Below, one piece after another: positions 33,878 through 46,450 of a stretch of 64,000 bases of DNA; within the stretch, counting starts at the first letter, position 1; each line of letters begins with the position of its first letter. A model generated the notes under the pieces. It searched no databases and was not told the origin of the DNA. It saw nothing but the letters and a program-made list of their open reading frames with translations. The stretch comes from Raillietiella orientalis (lineage: Eukaryota), in the NCBI GenBank assembly GCA_036172245.1, contig JAYWIR010000063.1, positions 124,001-188,000 on the forward strand, read 5' to 3'. The position numbers and the translations under genes are program-made.

Positions 33878-35738
33878 TCTATTCGTAATAATGATTTTAA
33901 GCAGCACATCTGTAAGAGCAATTCTATACTTTTTCATTGTCCATCTCAGTTCATGGAGGTCACTTACAAAACGCATTCCGTAAGCATATGCTTTCTCCAA
34001 CTTTTTATCGCGCTGAGACACGCAAATGTATGTTTACTAAATAATTTAAAAAAAACTTTGGATAACGTCGCTGAGTGACAGAGTTTCAAAAGTTTCTGTT
34101 ATACTCCATGATTTGTTTATTAGCACCTTTAGTCGTACACGTGCGTATGATTTAAAATACAATATACGGAAGAATGTCGATGTCAGAAGACGCACTTGGC
34201 AAGCGGCGGCTCGTCCGCAGCAAGGAAAGAACAGAAGTGCTGTTGGAAACGATCTTTTCGAACAGTCTTTGTTGTGGCGAAAACGGAAGCCGATGGCGAC
34301 GCGAAAGGGGAAAAGAACGATGGACGACCGAAAACACGGCGCGGAGCTTTCACTTGCACGGTCCGCGAGTCGTGTTCGCAACACTTGTGTTTCGAACGAG
34401 GTGAGCAGGAAAACCGGACCGGCGGCACGCTGGGGATGTTGGGACTCCTCGCTGCCGACGGAAGTGGATGTTTGGACAGAGCGGCGGCGGCGCCTGGAGT
34501 GTCGCTTGCACCTGCGGGCAGAGGACACCCCGGCGCCAGCTGGGAGGAGCAGCATCGTAGGTCAAACTTCCAGCGGGTGCCGCCACGCGAAAATCGTGGG
34601 CATCCACATTCCTGCGGGTGCTCGCGTTTTCACTTTCCGGAGCTTTTTCCGAGGGTCGGGCCCTTTCCACGGGAGGTGCCCCTCACCACCGAGGTCGCAG
34701 CTCGGTACTCGTCCCTCCGGGCCGGCGGGGTGTTCCCGGATGGATGTGCACCGCCCGACTTGTTCTTCCCCCCGCGGTGAGCGTTGCAGCCCGAGCGGCG
34801 GCGGGAAGGTGCGCTGACGGGCTGGGATTTCAAGTCCTGCCGAGAAAATTGGGGAGGGAGGGGGAGGGGGACAGTGATGATGATTTCTTCTTCGCTCGGG
34901 CCTTTCACGTGCCGCGAGAAATGCACGCGGATCGACCAACAACGCGTTCTCCAGGTGTACCGAGCTAAAAGTAACTGCAAATTTCAGTACCCAACATGCA
35001 AGTGGTGCGAACGTCTCTCTCTCTCTCTCCGTCTCCCTCCCCTTTTTTTTCCCCTGCTTTTCATCGAATGCATTAGCTGCAGGAGTCACCGACGAATCCC
35101 AAGCGTCTCTGTGGGTGAATGTGAAAATTGCAGCACTTGTACCAGCAAAGTGCGATTTCATCATGGAGAATTGTGGTGGTTTTGATTTGTAGCCATCCCT
35201 GCTCATTTCTTTGGATCCTGTTTGAAAAGGATTCGAGGAAGGATGCTCTTTGAAGACGAATTCTGAATGGGTGTTGTGGTTTGAGTGAAACTGGATTTCT
35301 GATAATGCAAATTACCTGTTTGTACTTGTAAGGAAGGATTGCAATTACTTTCTTCATTATCAGTTAGTGCATCAGTAAATAATTAAGGAACTGCTCACCT
35401 TTCTTTAAAATCTATTCATTGTCACGATTCATACGTTTGGATTTTCAAGTTATAGGTATTATTTACAGATATTTTCCAACAATTGAATAGCAAAGTGGTA
35501 TGTATATGCAATAGGCTAATTGATAGTTAGTAATATACGCAGATAATATAATGTAGTTCACATATATATCTATATCTATATCTCTCTATATGTATTTATC
35601 AAATGATGATGCATGAGAATTGTGCTCCAGTTTTACATTCGACGTATGCTAAGTAATCAGGTTTTATTAAGAAAGGCTTTCTTAAGTGTCCAAGCTTTTC
35701 CTGTGCTGTGGCTAAGTTTTCTGATTCCACAGCACACA

Positions 35739-36605
35739 ATGGCGTGGAGATCAAGTGGAAAAGATAATGCAGACTTAGTGTTACAACTGAAAAGTAAGCT
35801 CCTTCTCAGAATGAATGTCTTGTGTGTTTCTTCACAGCAGACCATAGTGTAATCAAAAGTGACGCAGTGGCAAAAGCCATGCTAAAAGTTGATCGTGGCA
35901 AGTTTTCTAAGAATAACCCCTACATGGATTCTCCACAACCTATTGGCTATTCAGTGACTATTAGTGCACCACACATGGTGAGATTTGAAACCATCAAGCA
36001 TCCCATATTTTTCTCAGCATGCATATGCTTTGGAGTTACTGCAAAATAATCTCCAAGAGGGAGCCCGAGCTCTTGATATCGGTTCTGGCAGTGGTTATTT
36101 AACAGCATGTATGGCTGTTATGGTAGGTGAAACCGGGCTCGCTGTTGGAGTGGATCACATACCAGAATTGGTGTCTACTTCTATTGAAAATGTGAAAAAA
36201 AGCAATCCTGAACTTCTTGAGAGTGGGCGCCTGAAACTGGTAGGTAAGTATTGTTGTGGAAATGCGGGTCTTCAGCTTATGTCTGAAAAATTATAGTAGG
36301 AGACGGTCGAAAGGGATGGCCTGAGGATGCACCATATGATGCCATTCATGTTGGTGCAGCAGCAGCTGAGGTTCCCCAGATGGTAGCTAATGATGCTGTT
36401 GATGGAATCCCAATGCAGATTATTTCAGCTCATTGATCAGCTGAAGCCAGGAGGACGGCTAGTTATTCCTGTTGGGCCAGAAGGTGGCAATCAGAATTTG
36501 GAGCAGATTGATAAAGATGCAAATGGAAAAGTAACTCGGAAAAACGTGATGGGAGTTATCTTTGTGCCATTAACTGACAAACAGAGACAGTGGCCTGAAC
36601 TTTAA
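35739..36605 (+). CDS. Pcmt: Protein-L-isoaspartate(D-aspartate) O-methyltransferase (226 aa, 5 exons)
   Basis: Exons 35739-35793, 35841-35977, 36018-36243, 36297-36382 and 36429-36605 (introns 47, 40, 53 and 46 nt; 681 nt total). Translation [14 protein letters not shown]...[29 protein letters not shown]...[14 protein letters not shown]...[23 protein letters not shown]...[22 protein letters not shown]...[13 protein letters not shown]. Confidence 0.97.
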
Positions 36606-38589
36606 TATTTCTTGTCAATTCTCGGAATCCACTATCCGAAAAAAAAATTGTCATTATGTAACGTACATGCCATTGACTAAATAATCAGCATCAGAACAAG
36701 TTTTCCGGGAATGTAGATATTTTCTTCTAGCATGATAGGTAATCCACAGTGTGAATCCAGCAGTGAGGGTAATGCCTGATGGAAATACTATTATGTACCA
36801 GTTTGTTCTCACCAACTAAAAGCAGAAACAATGCTACTGATGCATGTGAAGAGAGGTCTTCACTGGTTTTCTGCAGTGTTTCAGCAGGAGCTGACATCAT
36901 CCTCACTGGAGCAGCCACCTGAGTTTTGGCATCCATGGAAGGAACTAGATGCTCTACAAATGGTGGGTCCACCAAAAAAAAAAAAAATTCCAGTGTAAAG
37001 TATTTCAACAAGTGGTTGGATTGGTAGGAGTGGTGAAGGGTAGATTTCTGTGAGGTAAAGGTATCCGAGCTAATGATTGCATTGGATTCTTTGCTACGCA
37101 TTTTCTGGCCTCAAGTGAACTGCTCAGTGATGGGTCATGCAGGATTTCGAGCACTGCCCACTGTTCTCACCCTAAGTTTCCCTGACCTGAGGACCTGAGG
37201 TCTGCATCACCAATGCAGACCTCAGGCTGGGGAAAATGCATTTGTGATGAGACAGGCCCACAGAATAAGATGTGGTGCCCTGGCAGGGTGGTATGAAAAT
37301 TTCAGATGGTAAACTCAGTGCTTATCTTAAAGATGTTTCAAAATCTCATGTTGTTGGGGTTTGGAAACACCATTGCACATTGGGACGCGAGCACTTCCAA
37401 AGTTGAGTAAGTGACCCAAGTTTTGAAAACTTCATAACTAGAACCTCCAGAGAAATGTGGAATTCCCGTGGTCCCAAATTTCCTCCTGGATCGCGTGGAC
37501 CCAATTAAGTTTCACTCACGAATTGGCGCGCACTTGCGAATGCGTCTTTTGGCGGTGTCGAAGAGGATTGCAGGCGGCGTTTCGTGCAGAATTCGGGAAA
37601 CTCACCTCCCCCGTCCAACTCTTCCTCAGTCTCTTCGCTCTCCGTGCTGCCTGGTTGCGGCCCCGTGTACACGGAGGGAGCACAGTTACCTTGCTCGCCG
37701 TGGAGCACACTCATATGAGCTGTCTTCAGTGACGGTTTACGACCGGGTCCGATTGCAGCCTGCTCCTCCCGGAGTTTATGTTTGCACTTTGCTCCAACTC
37801 TTCAGAGTCCTCCGGGAGCAAGGGCGGCCTTTGACGCCTCTGCCCGACTTGCGCCAGCAGTTGAAATCGTTCCTCACCAGAAGGTTAAATTAGTAAAAAG
37901 TGTACGTGTGTGGGAGCCCATGTCAAAGATAGAAGAAGCATTGCGGGAATCGCAGCTGCCTGCGAGTCGAGGAAGATCAGCGTCACGGCAAGAGGAAACC
38001 GCATCACCTTGTATGGAATTGTAAATGCCTTCTCGTTCTCCAGAATGCACACCATAGGAGCGCTATCACGCTGCTGAAATTCAGACGCCGGGTCTCGCTC
38101 GCGGAAGGAAAGTTAACGAGACGTTTTGGTGCGTCCTAAACACCTCAGAAAGCACATTGAGCAAAGGGTTCGTCTCTTGGAAAGTAGGGTTTGCGGCACA
38201 AATAGTTGGCTGCCCCTTCCTGCAAAGCGATGCTTGTATTAACGCTTAATCTCGTGACTTTGCGGAAGTTCACCTTGCAGATCCACGCATTTCTAAAGTC
38301 CCAACTGTTAGAGTTCTCTTTTTTTTTTTTCTTGGAGGGGGGGATAGGGGAGGAGGAGTTTGGTTACAAAAAAAAAAAACCATCCCCGTCTCGAAATTTA
38401 TGATGCGCTGACTCAAGCCATTTACCCGCTTTTAGCGGAACCCCATGAGCTCTTGATTGCTCATTAAAGCGGACTCCGGAATGGCGAGTATGCGTTTCAC
38501 ATAGGGCTGAAGCTGACAGCGTGACGGTTGGTGTGCGACGGAAGGTTGCAGAAAATGCACTGCCGTCTAAGACTGACCCTGGTTCTCGA

Positions 38590-39060
38590 GAACTGTCGTT
38601 CGCCTAGGGGCTCACGATGTTCTTGGACACTTGCCCATGCCACGCGGGGGTGCGTGTGACTCTTCAAGTTAGGGGGTGTCCCGGCAGGGGACCATCCCAA
38701 AAATTCAAGAAGGGTTCCAGAGGAAGGAGTGGCCGTTTCTCTTACGCTCGGGAAAGATCCTCGAAGGGAACCCTTTCCCTCGTTCTGTCCAGAGGGACCC
38801 CCTGGAAGGATCTACTCCCTGTTTCTTCCTCCCCCGAAGGGAAACCCTAAGGGACGCTTCCCAATTTCTCTGAAGAGATCTCCCCGAAGGGAGCAGCGCG
38901 ATTCTTGACACTCTAAATGGGTCGACCTGCGTCATCTTGCGGGGGAGGACTCGAAACCCACGCGGCGTCGACCCTTGCCCTCCAGGTAGGATTCGAACCA
39001 CACGGCTGGTTCGCCTGTCGTCCTCGCGGAATCGGGGCGGCGACGCTTTCCCCACAGCCA
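38590..39060 (-). mobile_element. tRNA-headed SINE-like repeat (copy D, internally deleted)
   Basis: B box GGTTCGAATCC (38989-38999, minus), then GGAGGGCAAGGGTCGACGCCG..GTGGGTTTCGA. Body AAATTGGGAAGCGTCCCTT...GGGGGTCCCTC...CCCGAGCGTAAGAGAA...AACTTGAAGAG..ACGCACC..GTGGCATGGGCA is colinear with 62890-63150. Confidence 0.7.
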
Positions 39061-42000
39061 GGAGTGACGGGAAGACGGCAGAGGGAGCCAGTTCCGAACA
39101 CCCGTCGTCGCCGAATCGGAAGCTTTGCTGCAGGCGCGCATCGTCTCAGCTCAAAGTCCGGCGGCCGCTTCCGTGGTGCCAAGCATCCTTCCGATCTCGC
39201 CACGGAGGGTCTTCTGGACTTCCCCGGGCGTCACTTTCAGGCTCCTCCTTTTCGCTTTGGTTGCGTGTCGTCCGAAGAACGGAGGGCAGTGGCAGACGTG
39301 GTCGCTCCTGGGAGGAGTGTTCTTCGCTCGGGTTCGCTTTTTCTCCTTCTTTGCGAGCCCCAGGACTCTGCTGCTTCCCAGAAGACGCACACGGAACCTC
39401 TCTGGCTTTGCAGAGCGCCACTCTGGCACGGCCGCCCTCCCTTCGCCGCTGCTAAGGTGACCCGCGTCGGTCGTCAAGGTGAAACAGGGACGGCACTCGT
39501 TACGATGGCGGCGGTTTCGCCGCGTCTCCTGCACTCTTCATCTTCAGTCTCGTCTGCAAAGCCCTTTGGAGTGAGGCTACCGAGCACCTCCGTCGTCCAC
39601 TGGAGGAACCACCACCGCCTGCAACGGTTGTGGCGTGCGAGGACTGCTCCACGACTCCCTGCGGCGCGGTCCCCTCTCCAGACTTCCCTCGGCCGCGAGA
39701 CTTCCTCGCGCCAATTACCCGCAAGGAAGTCGGTGGTCCTCGAAAGTTGCTGTGTCGACGTCGACAGGAGAATCCACGTGTGGGCATGCACGAGCCTGGA
39801 AGGCGGCCAGCTTGCTTCTGCCTTCAGGCGCCAAGAGGGCGGTTAGCCGAGGGCCAGAGGTGCACTCCTTGCAGCAGTCGTGCAACGCCAGGAGACGCCC
39901 CTCTGCTGCGGGATGGGTGGGAAGTGGAAGAGCACCCCAAGTCGAGGGACCGCTCCGCCTCTCGCGGCAGACAAGCAGGGACCCGCGGCTCCGTCCCGCT
40001 CGATTCTTGGACGGCTGCCTCGCCCGCCGACGGCCAAGGGCGGAAGTCGTTCTGGGCGTGTCCTCCGCCAGCTTGCCTTCGCCACCTCCCACCCACCCTC
40101 CGGGCTTCCCTCGGTAGAGGAGAGGCGCCTGCCGCTCCTCCTACCCCAGGAACCCGCCCGGGACTTCAGCTCCTCCGTTCCCGCTCCAGAAGGGGCCTTT
40201 TTTTTTTTCTGCGCATTCTTGCTGTCACCTTTGCAAGCTGATGGATCGGACGCCACGCACCTGCCGCGGCTGTCCTCGCACCTCTGCCAAACTTCAGCAA
40301 GAAGGAAGGCGCGCGCACAAAAAAAAAGAGCTTGGCACCCCTGAGCCTGTGACGCGAGGAACGAGCGAGCAGCGAGAGAAAGAAGCAGGATATCCGTCCT
40401 GCTGTTGCTGCATTGAGGCGGTTGCTGGGGCATTCCCGGCGTTCGAAGTGACCGAAGAATCGATTGCGTCGCCGAGGCAACGGATCGCACCAAAACGGCT
40501 GCACCCACGCGCGCCCCGCGCTGCAGACTCAGCCCAACTGCAGCAGCAGTACGTATTAATACGGAACGTATTTCAGCTGTACGAATATTCATGCAGTGCC
40601 GTAAGTACAGCCCCCGTGCGTCAGGTGCCTCTATCCGGAAGCCAACACTCCCACTCCTGCGTGCACCGATGCGGTCCTCCGCCGCATCGTACCCCGCAGT
40701 CGTGGCGACGCGTCCGCTCTTGCCTTCCAGATCAACCGCCCTGCCTCCAGGGGACGAGACCTCGTCGGCCGAAGTGACAGCCTCGTCGGCGCTCCCGCTC
40801 CGGGACGAAGGCGAAAGTCTCCGCGACCAGAGATCAGGGCGCGCCCGAAATGGCGGACGGAGAGCTCTCTTTTCCCTGCAGCGTGTTTCCACCTCTCGCA
40901 GGGTTCCCATCGCCAGCGGTGGTAGGAGTCGCCGGAATGCCATCCGGGAGACCACGTTCAACGGACGCCATCTTGCCTCCGCCGCGTCCCTACGCGTCAG
41001 CGCTGAGCGAGCGGGCTAATCGCAGCACTCGCCTGTGGGACCGAACCAGTGCGGCCCTGACGCGCGAAGAGGTCCTCGTCGCAAGGAAACGGAAATCCGA
41101 GGATGCTGCGCACCCCATGCAGCGGTCACGCCAGAGCACGGAGGCGCTAGCATGGCGACGGCGCGCCCGCTGCGTGCTCAGCGGGAAGATTCCCTGGAGG
41201 CACCCGAAACGGTGGCAGGCACCGGGAAGATTTCCTGCAGTCGCGGCGGCTTCGATCGACCCTGGGGCAGGTGTCTGACTCTTCCCTCTCCGCCGCTTCC
41301 GGCTGTGGGAAGATCAGCTGGCAGCCGCTCGATTCGCAAGAGGGTCGGAGGGGCGTGCCGAGGAGCGCTTGGGGTCAGAGGGCATGCTCCAAGCCCTGCG
41401 CGGTCCCCTTGGATGCTGCCGGCGCCACGCGGAACGGAGTCGAACTCGGACAAGGCTCTGCGGCCGACCGTGGGGTCGTGGGGTATGTGTGGTCCATCGA
41501 GCTTACCCCCATGCGGGCCGGCGCTGGAGCGACGTGCGCAGTTCGAGGGGCGAGGGAGGCGAACGGGGTCTCTCGGGCGCGCGGAGGGAAAATCCGGAGC
41601 AGCGTGAGATGGGGGAGCCGGTAGGCAACGGGTCGGCAGCAGCGCTCCTGGAGGCACCCGTCCAAACTGAGCCCGTCGGAGCCGCGAGGCGGCTCGGCAG
41701 CCACTTGCGCCTGGAGACTCGAGCTGCGTCCCCCAGGGAGTCGACCTCGGGTGGGATCTGCGCTCGGACGCGTGCGGAGGAGGTCGGCGAAGCTGCGCGT
41801 TTTCCGTTCCGGCAGAGCCTGCCCCGAGCGGACGCGGTCGAGAGAGGGAACGGGTGCTCCCCTTTCAAAGCGTCGAATCATGGGGTGGGCTGAGACAGAG
41901 GGCGGATAGGATCTCCCCTTTGCGACCCCTCTTGTTCGCTCACCACGGGACAGTTCTGTCGAAAGTTGTTCCCCCGCCCCCTCTCCAATCCCTCCTCGGG

Positions 42001-42302
42001 TTCCTCATGGTCGTTGCTGCCGTGAGGCGGGGAACGTTTGCTTCGACGATATCCCGATAGATGGCGAGAGGGGGGAGGGCAGGAAAGAAGATCGAACGCA
42101 GACGTAGGAACTGGAAGGTTCGCTTCCGTCTTGGATGGACAGGTCGACCGGAGGTCGAGACGCCGGTGGGTGGAAGACAGCATGGATGGGCGGGGCAAGT
42201 CTCGGGCACACCCTCGACCCCGCGAAGCGGGTTGCGCACGAGCAGGCGGGCACGACGGGGAGGAGCCAAAAGTCGCCGCCAAAACGGAAGCGTCGCCGCC
42301 AC

Positions 42303-42370
42303 TGCGCTAGCCGGGAATATGAACCCAATTGAGTGGAAGATAACCATGTTAATCACTACACCACCAGCGC
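42303..42370 (-). pseudogene. tRNA-Gly(TCC) pseudogene
   Basis: Reverse complement GCGCTGGTGGTGTAGTGATTAACATGGTTATCTTCCACTCAATTGGGTTCATATTCCCGGCTAGCGCA aligns end to end with metazoan tRNA-Gly-TCC. The acceptor stem still pairs, but the 5' side of the T stem is deleted and the B box and anticodon stem are damaged. Confidence 0.8.
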
Positions 42371-45329
42371 TCGGCAGAAACGCTATCGCCAAGTCCCTCT
42401 TAAACGACGCGGGTTCGCAGACGCTACGAGAACGCATGTGGCTGGCGCGATGGAAACGGCTGGAATTCAGAGAACGAGGAGACTGGAGGATTCGCCACGG
42501 AGATCGCGCGATCGCCGACCAGGCGAGCTCCGGAAAAGAGCTCCGAAGGGGGCGCGTGCGAAGTCAGGGAGGCTGAAAGGCGTTCCCCAGCCACCTGCGC
42601 GCCCCATCCGGAAGAGTCGACCGTGCACATCCCCTGGCCGAGAGACCACGAAAGCTCTCAGAGGGATCAACGGGAGGGGCACGCCACATCCGCCTTCCTG
42701 CGAAAGCGAGGAGGGAGCGCCGCTCCGGACTGGGTAATTCGCGCCGCCGTCGGCCGCCAAGGCACGACGCGGGAGACAGCCGTGGCACCACGTGGGTGGA
42801 CCTTACAAGGATCGTTGCTGGCGTCGCCGTCTCCGTGGTCGTGGCGCGCGCGCGAAGCGCAAGGCATGGCATCCCCGGTGCCTCGCGGCAACCTGGAGAT
42901 GACGCGCCACTGCCCACCGTCGCCATGGAGCCTCTCGAGTGCTACGGGCAGAGAGAACCTCTTCGCAGATTGCTTCAGCGAACACCGGGGGGCAGTCGAC
43001 GTGTGATCCGCGCGGCGCCCCCAAGTCTCCTTGGAGACGGCCGCCGGTGGCGCCGCCGCCTCGAGCGACGCGGAGGAGCGCCTTCGAGGACACAGACCTC
43101 GGACCCAAAAAATGAATGAGGCAGCCGACGGGCAGAGCGATGGAGGGCGGGCGGGGAGGCGGCGTCCGGGAGGATGCGCTTGCCCTGGTTGTCAGGCGCC
43201 CGCCGGAGAGTCCCTTCGGTTGCTGTCAAATCTCGCTGCACGGCCGCGCGACCGCCGACCGCAGAGCCGATTTGTGCGGGACACGTGACCGACCGCCCTG
43301 GCTTTGCCCTGCGGCGGAGAGGTTCGGGTCGGTCTCGAGGGTGGGGAGAGGAGTAGCGGGTAAAAAAGGAGGCAGAAAGGATCTTCCCTTCACCTGATGC
43401 GCCTGTCGGCAGTTGCGACCTCCCGGAGGAGACCTCTGTGTGGTTGTGCCGCGCCGGAACCCACGGGTCCCGCGTTGAGGATCTGCCTAGAGACGTTAGG
43501 CGGGCTGCTTGGGAAATCTCCCGAAAGGGTCTTACCTTGGCGACGCCGGCGGGGTCCCTCTCCTGCTGCCAGGAGCACCTCCTGAAAGGAACGGCGAGGA
43601 ATCAGCGATTGGCAGGGACGCACGCCTCCTCCTGTCGAGGGGCAGCCGCGTGCAGCCCCCCTCCCCTTCCCCCCTCCGGAAGGGCGAAAATAAATAAATG
43701 AATGTAAGTGGGTCCCTTCTCTTCCGAGAAGCAGAGTCCAGCAAGCAGTCCCGATCACCCCACGACCCATCGGTCTCTCTAAAACAGGTCACTGCTGACC
43801 GCACCAAAACGAACCCGCAGGGAACTATTTTTAGCCCACCCCTCGACACCGCACGGGTCGGATATGTCCGCTTTTCCTGTCCCTGTCCTCGGCCAGTGGC
43901 CTGGAGTACTCCGAAGGCACCCTCATGCGGCCCCGCCGTCGGCCTGGGAAAAAAGAGCCTCTAGGGTGAAAGGAGGAGGCGCTGGGTGTCGTCGTCGGCT
44001 GCGGGGGAACCCGCCCGTTCGGGGCGCCGCTGGCGCCTCAGGTCGAGCGCCGCCCCCGCTCATGGCGGTCGCGAAGAGAGTCGGCGCCCTCGGATGCCGA
44101 ACCCGAGGCGCGCTGACCTCTGGAGCTGCGTCCGAAGGGACGACCGAACCGACCGGCTCCGAGGGAAAGTGCCGAGCGCCCAGAGGCTGTCCGAGGAAGA
44201 AAGCTCGGGAGCAGCAGCAGTCGGCAGGAGGGAGAGAGGGGAGCGTAGGCGGTGGCGACCCTCCTCCCGCCGCGTTGGACGGGCCAGGAGCTCCGCCTCC
44301 CCCTCCGACTGGCACGTCCGTCTGGTCATCAGCGAGGTGGCATAGCAGGCAAAGTGGGTGCTGGGGTTCCCTCCCTCCTCCCCCCTGTTCTTGCTGACGG
44401 GAGATCCGGATCCCCTGTGCCCCTCATTCCATGGTGCCCCACGCTCTCGGCAGCGGCAGCGGAGGGAAGCGGCAGATGACGTCAGAGGCTGAACGGAAGC
44501 TGCCGCCTTCCGAATGTTCCGGAAACGCGACGCCCGAATCGCCCGGAATAAGCGGCTGCAAGCATCGCTCCGTGCCTCCCCTCCCGGAGGGGGAAGACAG
44601 GGGACCGAGGAAGCGCGCGCGAAGCAGCCGTCCTTGGCAAGGACGCTGGTTGCTACAGAGGTTTCTCCCCCCCCCCCCCCCTCCATCCGCCCTGACGAGA
44701 AGACCCCGCCAAGGTCGCCTGCCTGGCTGCGCTCGACCCTTTCCGGCGGCCCCCACGCGCGTCTCCGCCGTCCCAGTCCTCTTTGGGCCTCGCGGCCGCG
44801 TCCTCGGGCTGAGATCCCACGCGGGGCATGCAATCGCCCTGGTTGCTGGGGGCGCCCGCCCGCCATTGCTTGGCAACGATACCTACTCGGTCCACCGCGT
44901 CTCTCGCTTGCAGGCGGCTCCGGAGCTTCACGCGGAGCGCCCTCGGGGTCCTCCACCCACGAGACGAGGCGGCGGCAAACCCTGGAAGCTAGGCTGCGTG
45001 GTGAGGAGGTGCCTAGCAGCCGTCCGAAGTCACCTCGACCCTCTCGCGCTCCTCCTCCGCCGCCGATGACGACGACGGCAGTCCCCAAAGAGTTCTGGCA
45101 CCGCTGAGCGAGCATCCTCTGCACGCACGCAGGACTTTCCTTTCCCTCTCCCTCCGCTCGCGGGATTCCCCGTCCCCTCGGTCTCCCAGCGACGGGGGAT
45201 CCGCCTACATCCCGGAAAGTCACCTCGATCGGGGTGCCCGGTTGTCCTCGGGGACTTTGACGGCGAAAGGGCACTGCGACTTCGGCGCGCACTGCGACGG
45301 GGCAGAAACCCACCGATCCCCGCGAGGAA

Positions 45330-46450
45330 TTCCGGACGTTCCCGAAAGATGATAAACCCGTCTCGTAGCTGCGAAATCTTCCCGGATCTATCTTTGGATT
45401 CCGTATCTAAGGAAACGCGATCGGTTCCGCCCGAGCAGAGTGCATCGGGATCGTTTGGCAGCCCTGCGAGTGCCGATTTGCAGCTTGAAACGAAATCCTT
45501 CCCAGAAGGGATCCGCAACCTGACCACCCAGTTCCACTGCTTTCGTGACGCCATGGTGTCCCGGGAAAAAATGCTTTTTTTCCCCCTTTTTTCTTTTTTT
45601 CTTTCTTTTTTTTTAAAAAAAAACAATGTCTTCGTTTGGTGCTTTGCCCTCCGATTTTTTCCCCGAGATCTCGATTCTCCGAAGGGAATCCGGGAGAGCG
45701 TTCCGGGCGCCGTCCCCGGGATGTTCCTGCACGGATGACAAGTCTCTGGCAGCGACGAGGGAATTCCTCCCTGCACGTGGCTCGTTTTCGAGATGCGAGT
45801 CGCGACAAGGACAGAGAGACAAGGACAGCAACGCGGAGCCCGGTGGCTCGTTGCGATTGGTGGGACGCCGGCAACCGCGGCAACAACGCCCTGCTCAACA
45901 GCTGGTAGGAACCGAGACGAGTTCTTCCTGGCAACGGACGTTTCCATGCCCCTTGGAAAACTGTAGGGCGGCCTGAGCTGCAGGCGGCTTGCCAAGTGAA
46001 AGGTATGGGGCATCGATCGACAACCCGGTCATCGCTCAGCAGGGTGAGACTGCGAAAACCCTGCTAGGCGAACCTCCCTTCTGGAGGGAAAGGAGTCTGG
46101 GACCACTGCATACGACGAGGGCATTGCATCTTGTTCTCGGAGCCTCGAGGCGCGTTCCCTCGAGGGACGGCTCCCACGCAGGGGAACTTGAAGGAATGTG
46201 ATCCGTTCTGCGAGTGGGAGAGGACCCCCCAAGAACTGCAGGCCGAAGGGAAACGACCGGAACCAGAAGTCCCCACTGAGATTCCTGTCCGGAGCGCGAA
46301 GGCTCGATGAGCAGCGCGAAGCGGCGTTCCGTTGCATCCACCCTCTGCCAGGGAAGCAGAAGGGAGTTTTCCGCAACGCGGAGAACCCTCTGGAAGGGCG
46401 GTGGGGTCGGCAGACGAAGGCGCGAAACCCACGCGTCGCGGAGGCAATCA
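45330..46450 (-). mobile_element. Highly decayed Ty3/Gypsy-like pol remnant (RT connection, RNase H, integrase N-terminus)
   Basis: Ordered, frame-switching fragments FRAFVCRP..GFSAL, AHRAFAL, RKNSS..IATSHRA, PGTAPGTLSRIP, GHHGVTK, DFVSSC and RVSLD resemble LRSFLG..FS, AF..LK, ERNYS..TDH, ADALSR, GH.G..K, V..C and RV..D. Confidence 0.35.

Noticed and set aside
36700..38050. Possible minus-strand gene convergent with Pcmt
   Set aside because: Some splice-like sites and short ORFs, but no consistent model or homology.
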